Source: Octopus vulgaris (taxonomy: Eukaryota). From it: a stretch of DNA of 64,000 nucleotides. Positions within the stretch are counted from its first letter, which is position 1. The number at the start of each line of letters is the position of its first letter. The position numbers were made by a program, and so were the translations under genes. Positions 1 to 13,283 of this stretch are shown piece after piece. The notes below the pieces were generated by a model, which did no database searches, was not told the origin of the DNA, and worked only from the letters and a program-made list of their open reading frames with translations. The stretch lies in the NCBI GenBank assembly GCA_951406725.2, contig OX597815.1, positions 179,056,001-179,120,000 on the forward strand. The letters run 5' to 3'.

Positions 1-651
1 AATGAGAACATTAAATAAGCTATATTACATTGTCTCAGTGTCCTATTTATAGGACACCGAGTATTCCCATTTCTACTTGAAGTAAAGGAGTTTTAATAAT
101 AATTTTTTCCATTTTAACCTATTTTCAATCATTTGTAAACATTTAAAAGTAATATTCAGAAATTTAAGCACTCTGGGACTTAATAGGTTAATCTTCCGAC
201 CGGGTCTCAACCAGAGACCTAAGGCACATGTATATTAGATGAAGAGAAACTTCCTGAGATTGTGAGCGGTTGATGTCAACTTACTTTTTTGAGTTTCTTA
301 GGTCGTTGGTTTCTCAGGGCAATGGTTTCGTCCATTTGGCTCCCTCGAAGACAAAACAGCTTTTTGTTTTGTTTGTGTGTTTTGTATCAGCTTGTCATTA
401 TTCTGTAGTCTTCCAGTGTCAATCCTATGACAACTAGTTGCAAACAGTCTCTTTTAGCAATTATTTGTGGTAAATTTAATCTTCCGGCATCAATTTGGGG
501 GATTGAATTCTAAATGAAGCGAACATATTCCTTGTTTTTCTCCTTGTCTTGCTAAATGACTAATTGCGCCGTTGAGAGAATATTGCAGCCGTAATTTATT
601 ACTGGAACAGCTAAAATATTGATGTTTGCTAATTTATTGTTTGTATTTAGC

Positions 652-869
652 TCTACTCTTTTACTCTTTTACTTGTTTCAGTCATTTGACTGCGGCCATG
701 CTGGAGCACTGCCTTCAATCGAGCAACTCGACCCCGGGACTTATTCTTTTGTAAGCCCAGTACTTATTCTATCGGTCTCTTTTGCCGAACCGCTAAGTAA
801 CGGGGACATAAACACACTAGCATCCGTTGTCAAGCAATGCTAGGGGGACAAACACACACACACACACGC

Positions 870-902
<33 letters not shown>

Positions 903-1068
903 TACGGCGGGCTTCTTTCAGTTTCCATCTACCAAATCCATTCACAAGGCTTTGGTCAGCCCGAGGTTATAGTAGAAGACACTTGCCCAAAGAGCCACGC
1001 AGTGGGACTGAACCCGGAACCATGTGGTTGGTAAACGAGTTACTTACCACACAGCCACTCCTGCGCCT
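652..1068 (-). mobile_element. tRNA-derived SINE family A (internal (TA)n/(TG)n tract, AGTAAAAG tail), near full length
   Basis: Minus strand starts AGGCGCAGGAGTGGCTGTGTGGTAAG (A box) ... GGGTTCAGTCCC (B box); matches the plus copy at 58562-58990 end to end. Confidence 0.9.
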
Positions 1069-1097
1069 ATGTTTTTAGTATTAATATTGTAAGTCTT

Positions 1098-1305
1098 TAA
1101 GGCAGCAACCCGCCCAAATCGTTAGCATGCCGAGCAAAATACTTAGCGGCATTTCGTCCGTCTGAGTTCAAATTCCGCCGAGATCGAATTACATTCTTTC
1201 ATTCTTTCGGAATCACAAGAATAAGTAACCGCTGAGTAGAAGGATCGATGTAACCGACTTACCCAATTTCCCGAAATTGCTGGCTTTGTACCAATATTTA
1301 AAATC
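1098..1305 (+). mobile_element. tRNA-derived SINE family B, diverged copy
   Basis: AAGGCAGC...GTTAGCATGCCG...CTGAGTTCAAATTCCGCCGAG, shared with more than 15 copies in the window. Confidence 0.75.
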
Positions 1306-3099
1306 AGTTTTGTAAGTCTATATTATTCGTTTGGCTCTGTAATACATTCTGTCAAGTTAATTTCTTTAAATACGAAAGACTGTGTTTTGTCTCTCTCTTT
1401 CATCTCTTTATTTATCTGACATATCATTTATGTTCTTATAGAATCTCTCTTCAAGACTGCCTGAAAACCACGTCTGGGGATAACAGTAGAATTCTTTTAA
1501 AAGTCATCTTATTTGAACGAGTGTTCGTCTGCATAAGGCATATCTTTGTCCCATTGAAGCTCGTCATTGACAAGTTAAGGTGGTAAAATCACAATGAGAT
1601 TTTGGATTGGAATGTATAGTGATGTCTCTATTTTCCGAAGTGGCTCAATTTTTGCCAGTAAACTCAACAGTGAGTTCTTGCAGGAAGTTGTACCTCCTGA
1701 TGCCAGGGTCTCGTGTGAAGTGAACCTCACATCCATGAAGAAACCCCTTTTCACCGACTTCAAGTGCTTATGTTTTATCACTTTTCTAGACTCGTAATTT
1801 TATGTCGTGGAGCAGATGGCTCGTCAAAAAATCCTAAAGTATTCTGAATTTTGAGTTGCTGTCTGTTATGGTAACACTTTGTTAGCAATAATAATTAGAA
1901 TCTAAAGCTGGCCATATGCAACCGCCTCTCAAAATATGTTGCTTTGGGTTTATATTAGAATTCAAAGTTCCCATTTTCAATTTGCCAACAAATTAATGAC
2001 ATGAGATTTCTTGTCATTTTCTCGACGTCCAAAGATTTCGAAAGAAATTTCTTCAGGATACAAGATAATGGTTTTCTCAACTCAGTTATAATGATTTCAG
2101 TTTCAACAACTCATTATTTTAAAGAGCCTGTTTTGCCGTTTTTTCCCCTACTTCTCTCACGACAGCAGTTGTACGTATAAGCTAAACGGTATACATTTTA
2201 ACCATTGTTATTTTTCTTTTACTATTATACAGCACAGCAAAATCTATGATTTCCCGTATTTGTTTTTCATGTGGATGCTGTCTTAATGTAATTTAATCTC
2301 TCAAAACTTCTAGTTTCTATGCCGACAAATGTACATTCTCGTACCAATACTCGGTGCTTCTTCTCTCACTATTTCGCAAGAACGGTTGTAATATATATTG
2401 CTTACGTATACGTTCTCACAGAGACAAAAAAGAGGAAATGTGTTTGGTTGTTAAGAAATGTTTATAAAGAACTTACATATTGTGCAATGAATGTGTTGGA
2501 TAGGTTGAGAAAAAAGATATAAATGTTTTTATGTTCACCCAACCTCGTCGTTTGGTTGTAATAAATTGAGACATTCCTGGTGTCATCACTCTTATTTGTC
2601 GAAAGAATTATAAAAATATTGGTTTCAAATTTTGGTACAAGGCCAACAATTTCAAGGGCGGGGTAAGTTGATTATATCAGCCCCAGAGTTCAACTGGTAT
2701 TAACTTTATCGACCCCGAAAGGACGAAAGGAAGAATTATAAAACTATTGATTTCAAATTTTGGCACAAGGCCAGCTACTACTTATTTTACCGAACCCGAA
2801 AGGGTGAAAGACAAAGTCGACCTTAGCAGAATTTGAACACATATATCGAGGAAACGTCTTAATACATCATATCCAAGGCGGGTTCTTTGTACAACACAGC
2901 AAAGGGGGAGACAAGCCTGACTCACTCGTTCCCTTGTTTACCAACAAAAAACGAAGTTAAAATTTCAGTTGTGTTTGTCGATGATTGAAGTTGATGTGTT
3001 TTCTTGAGAAGATTCTCCATGTTTATTCGTTATTCACCTTTTAACCTTTTGTTTGAAATGTCACACACGTTTTGTCAAACATGAATAAGCTCAATTTAT

Positions 3100-3622
3100 C
3101 TTTTACTTGTTTCATCATTAGACTGCGGCCACGCTGGGGCACTGCATTGAAGAATTTTTAGTCGAACAAATCAACCCCAGTATTTATTTTTATAAAGCCT
3201 GGTACTTAGTCTATCGGCATATTTTGCCGAACCGCTAAGTGAGGGACAAACACAGATGCAAAGACACAAGCACACACACACACACGCACACGAACGCACA
3301 CACACGCACGCACACACACACGCACGCACACACACGCACACACGCACACACACACACACGCGCACACGCACACACGCACGCGCACACGCACACACACACA
3401 CGCACGCGCACACGCACACACACACACGCACGCGCACACGCACACACACACACACTTATATATGACGGTTTTTATTTTCTGTTTCCGTCTACCAAATCCA
3501 CCTAGAAGGCTTGGTCGGCCTGATGCTACAATAGAAAACACGGAAGGTGCCACGCACTGGGACGGAACCCGGAACCATGGAGTCGGGAAGCAAACTTCTT
3601 ACCACACAGCCACACCTGCACC
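3100..3622 (-). mobile_element. SINE family A copy with expanded (CA)n/(CACG)n
   Basis: Same head and tail as 652-1068. Confidence 0.85.
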
Positions 3623-4187
3623 TCTTTCTTCCATTTTGTATCTTAAACAAGTTACGACCAGTCATTGTAAGGGAAAACAGCGTCCCCAATGTTTGTATTA
3701 TCGATGCCAAAATAAAAATCAAAGAAATAGTAAAACAATGTTTTTTTTGTAAAGAAGACGTGAATATAATTAATTGCAAAGGTTTCTCAGTGGATTTATT
3801 AATTAAACAATCGTCAATTACAGAGAAATACTTCCTGATAAAATAAATCCCGATGCGTTGAATGGAGTTCAAACACATCGAAATACAGAAACCGAAATAA
3901 TTTTATTGATTGAATTTCATATAGAACTGAGTATAAAATTTCTTTCGTTAAATGTGAGTGAGGATGGTGCGGTATTATGCCGTTACGTCCCTTAGTACCA
4001 AGATGAGATGAAAGCACTATACGCATAAAGGAAAGAGAGAGAGAGAGAGAGAGAGAAAACGAGGGAGAGAGAAGAAGAGGAGGATGAAAGAGAGTAGGAA
4101 AAGAAAGAGAAAGAGAACATCATTATAAGGCTATTCTTCGCAATACGGTGGGGGAAAAACTAGGACCCTTATTCTTTGTAAAGAAAC

Positions 4188-4584
4188 AGATGCGGGTGTG
4201 GCTGTTTGGTAAAAAGTTTGCTTCTCAACCACATGGTTCCGGGTTCAGTTCTACTGCATGCCGTAGCGTATTGGCTAAGTGTCGTTTATTACAGCCGCAA
4301 GTCGACCAAAGCCTTGTGAGTTGATTTGGTAGATGGAAACTGAAAGAATCCCGTCATGAATATATATATATATATATATATATATGAAAGAAGGTTTGAA
4401 AATGCAATTTTAAAAGATGTTTATTCACTTGACCGGTTTCACTTTTTTAGAAAAAGATTGTCAAAAGTAACAATCTTCTGAAAAAGTGAAACCGATCAAG
4501 TGAATAAACATCTTTCAAAATTGCAGTTTCAAACCTTCTTTCATTTATAATTCCACTCGTGCAGTACCTTACAACTTCACTTTG

Positions 4585-4667
<83 letters not shown>

Positions 4668-4866
4668 GTCCCCCACCAATGCTTGACAGCCGGTGTTGGT
4701 GCACATATGTTCCCGTAAATTAGCGGTTTGGCAAAAGAGACCGATAGAATAAGTACCAGACTTACAAAAAAAAGTATTGGGGGTTTATTCATTCGACTAA
4801 AGATTCTTCAAATCGATGCCCCAGCATGGCCACAGTCTAATGACTGAAAGGAGCAAATCAAAAGAT
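4188..4866 (+). mobile_element. SINE family A interrupted in its (TA)n by a hairpin insertion
   Basis: 5' half 4188-4358 and 3' half 4636-4866 flank (TA)n-insert-(TA)n. Confidence 0.85.
4384..4585. mobile_element. PLE-type short insertion: about 78-bp inverted repeat plus tail, containing a decayed HHR
   Basis: ATGAAAGAAGGTTTGAAA...AGATTGT / ACAATCT...TTTCAAACCTTCTTTCAT; minus 4427-4468 reads ACTT-TTGACAA-stem-GAAAC-CG-GTC-AAGT. Confidence 0.7.
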
Positions 4867-5296
4867 AATTACTAGCTCTCACTGCTCTTCTAATTCAAAC
4901 ATTGAGAAACATGTTGCCCCTCCCCCCAATTCGCCAAAACACTTCATACGAGAAACCCTAAAGAACATCAGTTGCAGCCAATCATCAAATCGGACAATAT
5001 AACTCAAACGACGAAGAGGTTATTAATAATCCTTCCTACTATAAGCACGATGCCTGGAATTTCTGGGGGGGGGGAGAAGTGTCGATTACATCGACCCCAG
5101 TACTTGATTAGTTCTTATTTTATCGACCCCAAAAGGGGATGAGAGATGAAGTCGACCTCAGCGGAATTTGAATCCAAGACGTGAAAACGGGACGAAATGC
5201 TGCTAAGCATTTTGTCCGGCGTTCTAACGATTCTGCCAGTTTGAAAAGATAATTGATAATAATTAACTGCAAGAGAAAATAGACATCACGTATTGA

Positions 5297-5648
5297 AAAC
5301 AGGGAAACAATATACTTTTCTACTCTAGGCACAAGGCCCGAAAATTTTTGGGAGTGGGGGGGCAGTCGATTAGGTCGACCTCAGTACGAAACTGGTACTT
5401 AATTTATTGACCCCGAAAGGATGGTAGACAAAGTCGACATTGGCGGAACGTAAAGACAGACGAAAACAGGGAAACAATATACTTTTCTACTCTAGCCACA
5501 AGGCCCGAAAATTTTGGGGAGTGGGGGGCAGTCGATTAGATCGACCTCAGTACGAAACTTGTACTTAATTTATTGACCCCGAAAGGATGATAGACAAAGT
5601 CGATATCGACGGAACGTAAAGACAGACGAAAAAAAGGGAAACAATATA
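5297..5648 (-). repeat. Tandem duplication (about 167 bp) of a SINE B fragment with its flank
   Basis: AGGGAAACAATATA occurs three times, separating two near-identical SINE B fragments. Confidence 0.85.
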
Positions 5649-6208
5649 ATCACAGATATACCGAGCGCGCACACAAGCAACCATATTCGGCGAACACAAA
5701 GAAACAACAGCATAGGTGTACAAACATTGTACTGGACAGGTAAGTCATCCTGCCAGTCTTGCATGATCCATTATCTATCCATAAAATGTTTTGCCCCAAA
5801 CTACAAAGAACACATCAGCGTGTTTCACATTCGCAAGAATTATGTGAAACTCAGTATCACAAGTCATCTACACAACAAAACAAAAAATATTACAGATGAC
5901 AGACTCCTTGGACATCCGAGGAACACAAGCTTGTTGCAATAGAAATCTTTACTCCCACTGTCCACGATATCCACTATATGTATAACCACTTCGAAATACC
6001 CAGGTATCCACAGCATCGCCTTATTACTATAAGAAAACTTAAAAAAAAGTTAATAATCCGATTTGTCCAAAAGAATGTGCTGACACCCCCCACATTATTG
6101 ATGATTTGTTGTACTCCGATCCAACCCCAAACACTTGTGTATTCTGTAGTAATTACAAGAATCAACACATATACAGGAACACAGCCTTCCCGCTTTACTT
6201 CCTTTTGG

Positions 6209-6725
6209 GGTTACCTGTATTAAAATCTGGTTACCTGTATTATAATTTGTTACCTGTATTAAAATGTTACCTATATTAAAGTCTGTTACCTGTATTAAAA
6301 TTTGCTACCTGTATTAAAATTTTTTACCTGTATTAAAATCTGCTATCTGTATTAAAATTTGTTACCTGTACGAAAAATATGTTATCTGTATTAAAATTTA
6401 TTACCGGTATCAAAATCTGTTACCTGTATTAAACTCGTTATCTGTATTAAAATTTGTTACCTGTACGAAAAATATGTTATCTGTATTAAAATTTATTACC
6501 GGTATCAAAATCTGTTACCTGTATTAAACTCGTTATCTGTATTAAAATTTGTTAGCTGTATTAAAAATCTGTTACCTGTATTAAAATTTGTTACTTGTAC
6601 GAAAAATTTGCTCTCTGTATTAAAATTTGTTACCTGTATTAAAATTTGTTACCTGTACTAAAAATTTGTTACCTGTATTAAAACTTGTTACTTGTATTAA
6701 AATAAGTTCCCTGTATTAAAATCTG
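6209..6725. repeat. 19-bp minisatellite (GTTACCTGTATTAAAATTT), about 27 copies, with a 95-bp higher-order duplication
   Basis: Direct tandem units; 6344-6438 is repeated at 6439-6533. Confidence 0.95.
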
Positions 6726-7746
6726 CTGTAATTTCTTAAAAAATACTTATCAGGTTGACGGCGACAGGAAAACATTAAGTCGAGGCGCCTTGAATAGATT
6801 CAGAACGAATCTTGCGAATCTATACATGATGTAACGGTTTATGCTTTGGGAGTTTTCCAAGTCATATTGTCTGTACAATCCATAGATGTTGGCGCGGGTT
6901 CGATTCCCGAGGTTTTCAATGATAAACAATCTCACGAAACCAGATTTCTTTGGAAATGTTAAAAATGACGACACTGAAAATAAAAAAATTATTTCACGAA
7001 ATCAAAAGTTAATAATTTCGGCATGGCGAGGTAAAAATCCACAATATCAAACTGGGTTAACTTGAAGGCGGCTTTATTTTCAAAATCCTAGAATAACTTA
7101 ATTATCGAGACTTGCCGCTCCATTGGTTTGATTTCTAATTTTAAGATTAATAATCTCGATAGCATGCTCACTAGCTACATCCAGTTTACTTCTTGGGAGT
7201 TTATTGGGGACTTTTTGGGGCTTGCAGAGGAAATCAAGTTTCTGGCCCTACGTGTAATGCGCACGCGTGTGGGGTTGTATAGCGAAGCGATCTATGTGGT
7301 GTTTTAATTTCTATGAGGGTAAAGAATTCTTTGTTTTCGGTGTATACTGCCATTGTATGTTGAAGGATGGCATTTTAAATAATTTTGGTCATGTTTGTTA
7401 AGAACTTGGGTCGTGGTATCTAGTTCGGTTATGTTCTTTGTTTTATCTGCAAGAGAATATTCCCTTTTTGGAGATTGTTCAGAGTCGCATATAATTGTTC
7501 TAGGTTTTTCAGGAGGAGTTGGTACAATGCTAACATACCACGTTTTTATCATGTTGATGGAGTCAAATCCAACATTTTCTACACTTTTCTCTGGTGTAGT
7601 CGTTGGAGCATTTTCAGGATTCAGTTCTTATATGACTTTATAATGGCAATTGTTTTGGGATTCTTTTTCGCGAAGTAGGCTTTCCAGCGAACCGCTAAAT
7701 CGAGCCATTTATCTTCTTTATTTAGAATGAAATATAAATCATTCTA

Positions 7747-8231
7747 GGTGTTAGCTATATGGAAGGGATGCTTCTTCATTTTCAAAAGCTTGTTCCCAGT
7801 TTATGCATAGAGACAAAAAGAATTGTATCTCGAAAACAAATGTGTACATACGAAAGAATAGAGCAACCAATACACTACGTAGACTTTATTTTGTAGGTGG
7901 ACTGTTGGTGACTTATGTTGCCATTACTTGGGGTTTCATAGGCATAAAAACATTATTCAACCAGACAAGTGACATGAATAAAGTCTGAACATGGAACTTA
8001 GAAGGTGATTATCCTTGATGCATTCTACTCAAAACTCAAGTTCCTACAGAAATGAATGGTTTGGCAATGTCATGCAATATAAACAGAGACGGACGGCATA
8101 CGTGGATTCTGAAAGAATTTGACAGGAATATTCCGGGTGTTTGGTCTAATGGTGATGGTGATGGTTGTATAACCATCACTATCAATTTCACGATAGCTAA
8201 TTTGCTAGATATTGCATTAAACCAAAAGACA
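7747..8231 (+). pseudogene. Decayed ORF of unknown membrane-anchored protein; 5' part duplicated at 16162-16438
   Basis: ORFs 7803-7988 and 8052-8285 share one frame separated by two stops; hydrophobic stretch LYFVGGLLVTYVAITWGFIGI; direct repeat of about 285 bp. Confidence 0.35.
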
Positions 8232-8540
8232 ATGAAGTCACCATTCAATTACAGACACCGGAAAACATTACAAAAAATACCTTAAAAAAATCATTTACAA
8301 AGATACTGAACGCGAAAACAAAAGTACATGAAACAGTCACTAATGAAAATGTGGAAAAATGTTTAAGGCCCATATGGGCCTTTAAAGACTATATAACGAG
8401 GTGAAACAGGTTTGCGACGATCGAAGTAAGATTCGACAGCGAAGAGCGAGCCGAGGACCTCTCAACAAGGTCCTTTCAACATAAAAATCTCCTTATGATC
8501 CCTACATACCTTGGTCGTAGGGTCACAAAAATAAAAATTA
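8232..8540 (+). mobile_element. Fragment of Tx1-like LINE ORF1 (paralogous to 11276-11605)
   Basis: About 310 bp closely matching 11298-11605; translates NEVTIQLQTPENITK...RFATIEVRFDSEERAEDLS...IPTYLGRRVTKIKI. Confidence 0.8.
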
Positions 8541-10707
8541 AGAAGACAAATAAGAACAACTATTACAGATTTCCAAACGAGGAGACACTATATATCAAGA
8601 CCACAATCACTTCACTAGATGTAATTTGGAATCTGACTGGAGATCTACATCGAAAAACCAATCTAAAACATCTCAGACAATTTATTTTCACGGATGCCCA
8701 GAACTTTTCCGAGGTCTTCATCGCTACTTTCCTCCTCTAAGCTTCTATAGATTGGAACTTTCATCCCATTTTTCAACTGGTCCAGGAGTGACCGCCTGAC
8801 AGCGTTCCAGATGTCAGGCGCGCATAGTTTCGTTCTACACGCCATCCAACTCTGTTTGCTGCATTTCTAGCGTCCTCGTTGCCGTACACACTCTATTCTC
8901 CTCACCCAATTTTTACCCCCCCTCTCTCTCTCTCTCACACACACACACACAGAATAATTAAAAAAAGCACTTTTCACATATATTCTTTTTATTTTTCGCC
9001 AGTAGATTTCCCACTTATTTCGAACATTTCTTCGAATCTGCAATTTTTTTTTTCTTCGGTAACAGTTTTTTTTTTTTCCACTTTGAATTTATCTTGTCAC
9101 ACGTAGTGTTTGCTGTTTGGTGAATGGAAATGTATTTCTAGGGCTGTGTCTAGAAGTAATTTATAACACTCGTGAACGTTTAACAGAAGATTTTAGTATT
9201 GTACATAAAGTTTTAGCCGAATTGGTCTTTTAGAAATAATAGCAGCAAAAATTACATTCTTGAAAAGATGGAGAAAACGCACCGCGTTCAAAGAAGCTAC
9301 TTGTGAGATACGGTGTGAAGGTTTAGTTTGGTCTGTCCAAGAACCTGAAGATGTCTGCGGAAATGTCTCTGGCAATAGTTGGGACGCACTTCGCTCAACC
9401 GCCTTCAACATTCTGTCAAGGCAGGAGGCGAGATGTGTGAATGGGTCGGCCTGTCTCAACACTCTACTAAGTGTTTTGGCGTTAAAGTGGCTTTATGTAG
9501 GGCAAAAGCAGAAATTTATGGAAAATTGAATTACACGATGACTTGATTCTGGTTTGATGCTTAATAAGGCCAATCATGTGAAAATGCTGTGGCTTGATCG
9601 TGATGTATGACCGCATATCCAGAGATTCGGTCCCGAATCTCCGCTACAATCCGCTTGAACATTTATCTGTTACCCTTTTCCTTTGTTTCTTACCCGTCAC
9701 CTTTAACTGTTTAAATATCCTGCTTTAAATTATTGTTCACTTTCTTTCTGTCATTGTTCATCATCATTTCATACTGCGAGAATATTCAATGCTTCGCTCA
9801 GTTTTCGCTTAGCTTCTGGAAAAAGTTACTAAATCAAAGTATGTTACTTGCAATAGATGTCCCTTCGATTATGAAAGCAGGGTTAAGTGCATGTGTTCAG
9901 GTATTTTACGAGGTTTAGAAGACATTTCACACGGTCGGGATACAGCTGTTTGACTTTTATTTCAATTGTAATTCTAAACATTTCAGACAGAAGACAGTTT
10001 GCTAAAATGTTGCTGTTTTTGTGTTTCATTTTCTCCATTTTGTTTTTACTGTTTTCATTATTACTTTGTCATGGAATGATGTCAGTCTTTACCACTTCAG
10101 CGATGTTTTCAACAAATAAATATGAATTTCATTTTACAATCTTTAAATGAAGCAGTAAATTTATAATAATGCCAGGATTGTTTGCAGATTACATATTTTT
10201 AAATATTTGAATTAAGCATGGACAGTTGATTGGACAGGGAATAACGCTAAAAAGTTAGCAACATGTAGGCGTTAGGCGACACTCAAAACCATATTTTCTT
10301 GAAACGATCCCGCTTATTTATGATTTACCAATTTTGCTATAAACGTCTTTTATCCAATCTGATTTAAACGGAACATCATAAAGCTATTTACATGGAGCTT
10401 TCCTGCAGTACACAAGAGAATCGATCGTGTTAAGTGAGGTAAATTACTTTCAATTGAGATCACTTAGTCGCTTTTCCAGGATCTTAATTCTTCTACTGAG
10501 GTGTTCACAAACGTATTCGTTTTAATATCAATAATAACTTTGCTGCTAAAGTTTGAGCCTTTCATTATAATTCTGAAGAGAATACTGCAGTGTAAGAAGG
10601 ATGCTGCAAGTGAATTCAGTTAAAATCTTTCCTTCCTTCCTTCCTTCCTTTCTCTACATATCTGCCTATCTACCCACCTACTTACCTACATGCACAGCTA
10701 CCCACAG

Positions 10708-10742
<35 letters not shown>

Positions 10743-10771
10743 CCTACCTACCTACCTACCTACCTACCTAC

Positions 10772-10814
<43 letters not shown>

Positions 10815-10849
10815 CTGACGTGATGTCGTATCGGCTCCACAGGTAATCC

Positions 10850-13221
10850 TTTTTTTCGACCTTTTATTGCACACAATTTGCTCCAAATTTTACACACAAG
10901 GTATGTAAAGCACCCAGCTTTCGTTTGAGTGTGTTTTCAAAGGAGGAATTGAATTGACCCCTAGGGGCTGCTTCAAACATATTTACATTTCTATTTTCTT
11001 CGATTTCCTTGCCATATTTATTAACAAATATGGCTAAGCGAAGCCATGCTAGAGACGAAGGAATCTGAAAGCAAAGCTGTTCCGCGTGAACGCACACAGG
11101 CCTTAGAAGGCACGAATGCTTCTGCTAGTATAATCACTGCTTCCATCACTGCTACCACCACCACAACCAACACGAATACCGATAACAATTTTGCCGCGGC
11201 TTTGAAACCAAAGAAAAGAATAACGCATTTTTCCAAAGAAGAATTACTTGCCTGCAAAGAAATGTTTACAAAAAATGAAGTCACCATTCAAGACACCTGA
11301 AGTCACCATTCAAGACACCTGAAAACATTACAAAAAATACCTAAAAAAAATCATTTACAAAGATACTGAACGCGAAATCAAAAGTACATGAAAAAGCCTC
11401 TAATGAAAATGTGGAAAATTTTTAAGGCCCATATGGACCTTTAAAGACTATATACCGAGGTGAAACAGGTTTGTGACGGACGATCGAAGTAAGATTCGAC
11501 AGCGAAGAGCGAGCTGAGGACTTCTCCTCAAGGTCCTTTCAACATGAAAATCTCCTCAAGATCCCTACATGTCTTGGTCGTAAGGTCACAAAAGTTAAAA
11601 TTTAAAATGTGCCCCTGAAATTGAAATAAAATGGCTCGTGTCTGCCATTTGCTATGACATCGAGGACGAAATCCATATATTGGAAATCGCTGCCCAAGAC
11701 CAGCAAAACTGGATTGGCCAAGAAGTCGAGATTCTTGCTCAGATCGATCTAGTGAATTTTGAAAAAATTACTCAGCGAATCCAATTGACAGAGGATTTGA
11801 ACTTGCATGTAGCCGTCGAAGGCAGAAAGCCATGTTGCTACGTCTGAGGTAGCAAAACACATTTAAAAACTAACTGTCCACTAGCACACAAACAACAGCA
11901 ACAAAAATGACAACAAGATCATGAAAAACAATAACAACCACAAGAAAACCAAACACCGTACAAAAAACCCAGCACTACTACCCATACCTATTTCTTTACT
12001 ACCCACAAGGGGCTAAACACAGAGAGGACAAACAAGGACAGACAAACGGATTAAATCGATTATATCGACCCCAGTGCAAAACTGGTACTTATTTAATCGA
12101 ACGTTACGTTCTTATTTCAAATTCCGCCGAAGTCGACTTTGCCTTTCATCCTTTCGGGGTCGATAAATTAAGTACCAGTTACGCAAGGGGGTCGATGTAA
12201 TCGACTTAATCCGTTTGTCTTTCCTTGTTTGTCCTCTCTGTGTTTAGCCCCAAAGTCGACCTCGGCGGAATTTGAACTCAGAACGTAACGTCAGACGAAA
12301 TACGGCTACGCATTTCGCCCGGCGTGCTAACGTTTCTGCCAGCTCGCCGCCTGTGCCAGCTCACCAGTACTACTATCCATACCGCCGTATGCACAACTAA
12401 TTAAACAACTATATAAACAAATGAAGGAACATTAGCAACCAACAAGTCAGCCCAACCATAACAACACCACCACCAGCGCCACCAAGAACAGAACCAACAC
12501 CATCATCACCACCGCCAAGAACAACTCCACAGGAAGAAGAGGAAACCAAAAAGACTCATACCCCACCCTCAAAACCCAAACACCACATCCCAACTGTCAC
12601 CAAACAGCACCACTAACACCAACAACAAAATCAACACACTCAAAAATAGATCCCAATACTCTTCCCCTCCCACCCCGTGATTCCTTCGACATGTCGTCAG
12701 ATGAAGACGACACAGAGGATTGGCAAATAGCCACAGGGGGAAGGAGAAAAAGGGCGAAAAAGAATAGAGAAACAGACAAACAAAGCGGGGAGGTTTACCA
12801 CCCCCGAAACCAAAACACCCACAGAAAACAAAAGCATCAACACAAACACACTAATACCAAACCTCCCAACAATGTTGACAGCTACAAACACCAACAACCC
12901 AGACCTAATGGAATACATTAGGTCAAACACCAACACAACCGAAAATGATACCAAAACAAAGAATCACCCACGCACAACACCACCGCAACACATTAAACAC
13001 ATTCTTTCACCATGGTGACCATGGTGAAAGAATGTGTGTGGTGGACCCGAGCGAAAGGATTAGAGACAAACACTTACCCCTCTGGCCAATTGCTCATCAA
13101 CTTTTTCAAGTACCACTTGAAAAGGAAGGCGAGAATGTAGAGGCAGTTTAAAAAAAAAGGTGGGTGAATGTAGCAAAGATGGTGCGTGCGAGTGACGAAA
13201 CCAACCACTTTCAGCATGATC

Positions 13222-13283
<62 letters not shown>

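Noticed and set aside
3171-3553. Long ORFs rich in VC/TH/YI/LS (also 18245, 25077, 33262, 38207, 40965, 55007, 59219)
   Set aside because: Translations of di-, tri- and tetranucleotide microsatellites or SINE bodies.
6209-6725. Possible CRISPR array
   Set aside because: Contiguous 19-bp units without unique spacers, eukaryotic context, no cas genes.
6750-6973. Possible terminal exon on minus (good acceptor, 74 open codons)
   Set aside because: No recognisable homology and no partner exon identified.
9190-10150. Coding-like minus-strand stretches (also 190-610, 1380-1860, 7304-7680)
   Set aside because: Multiple stops in all frames and no identifiable motif; cannot be supported without a search.
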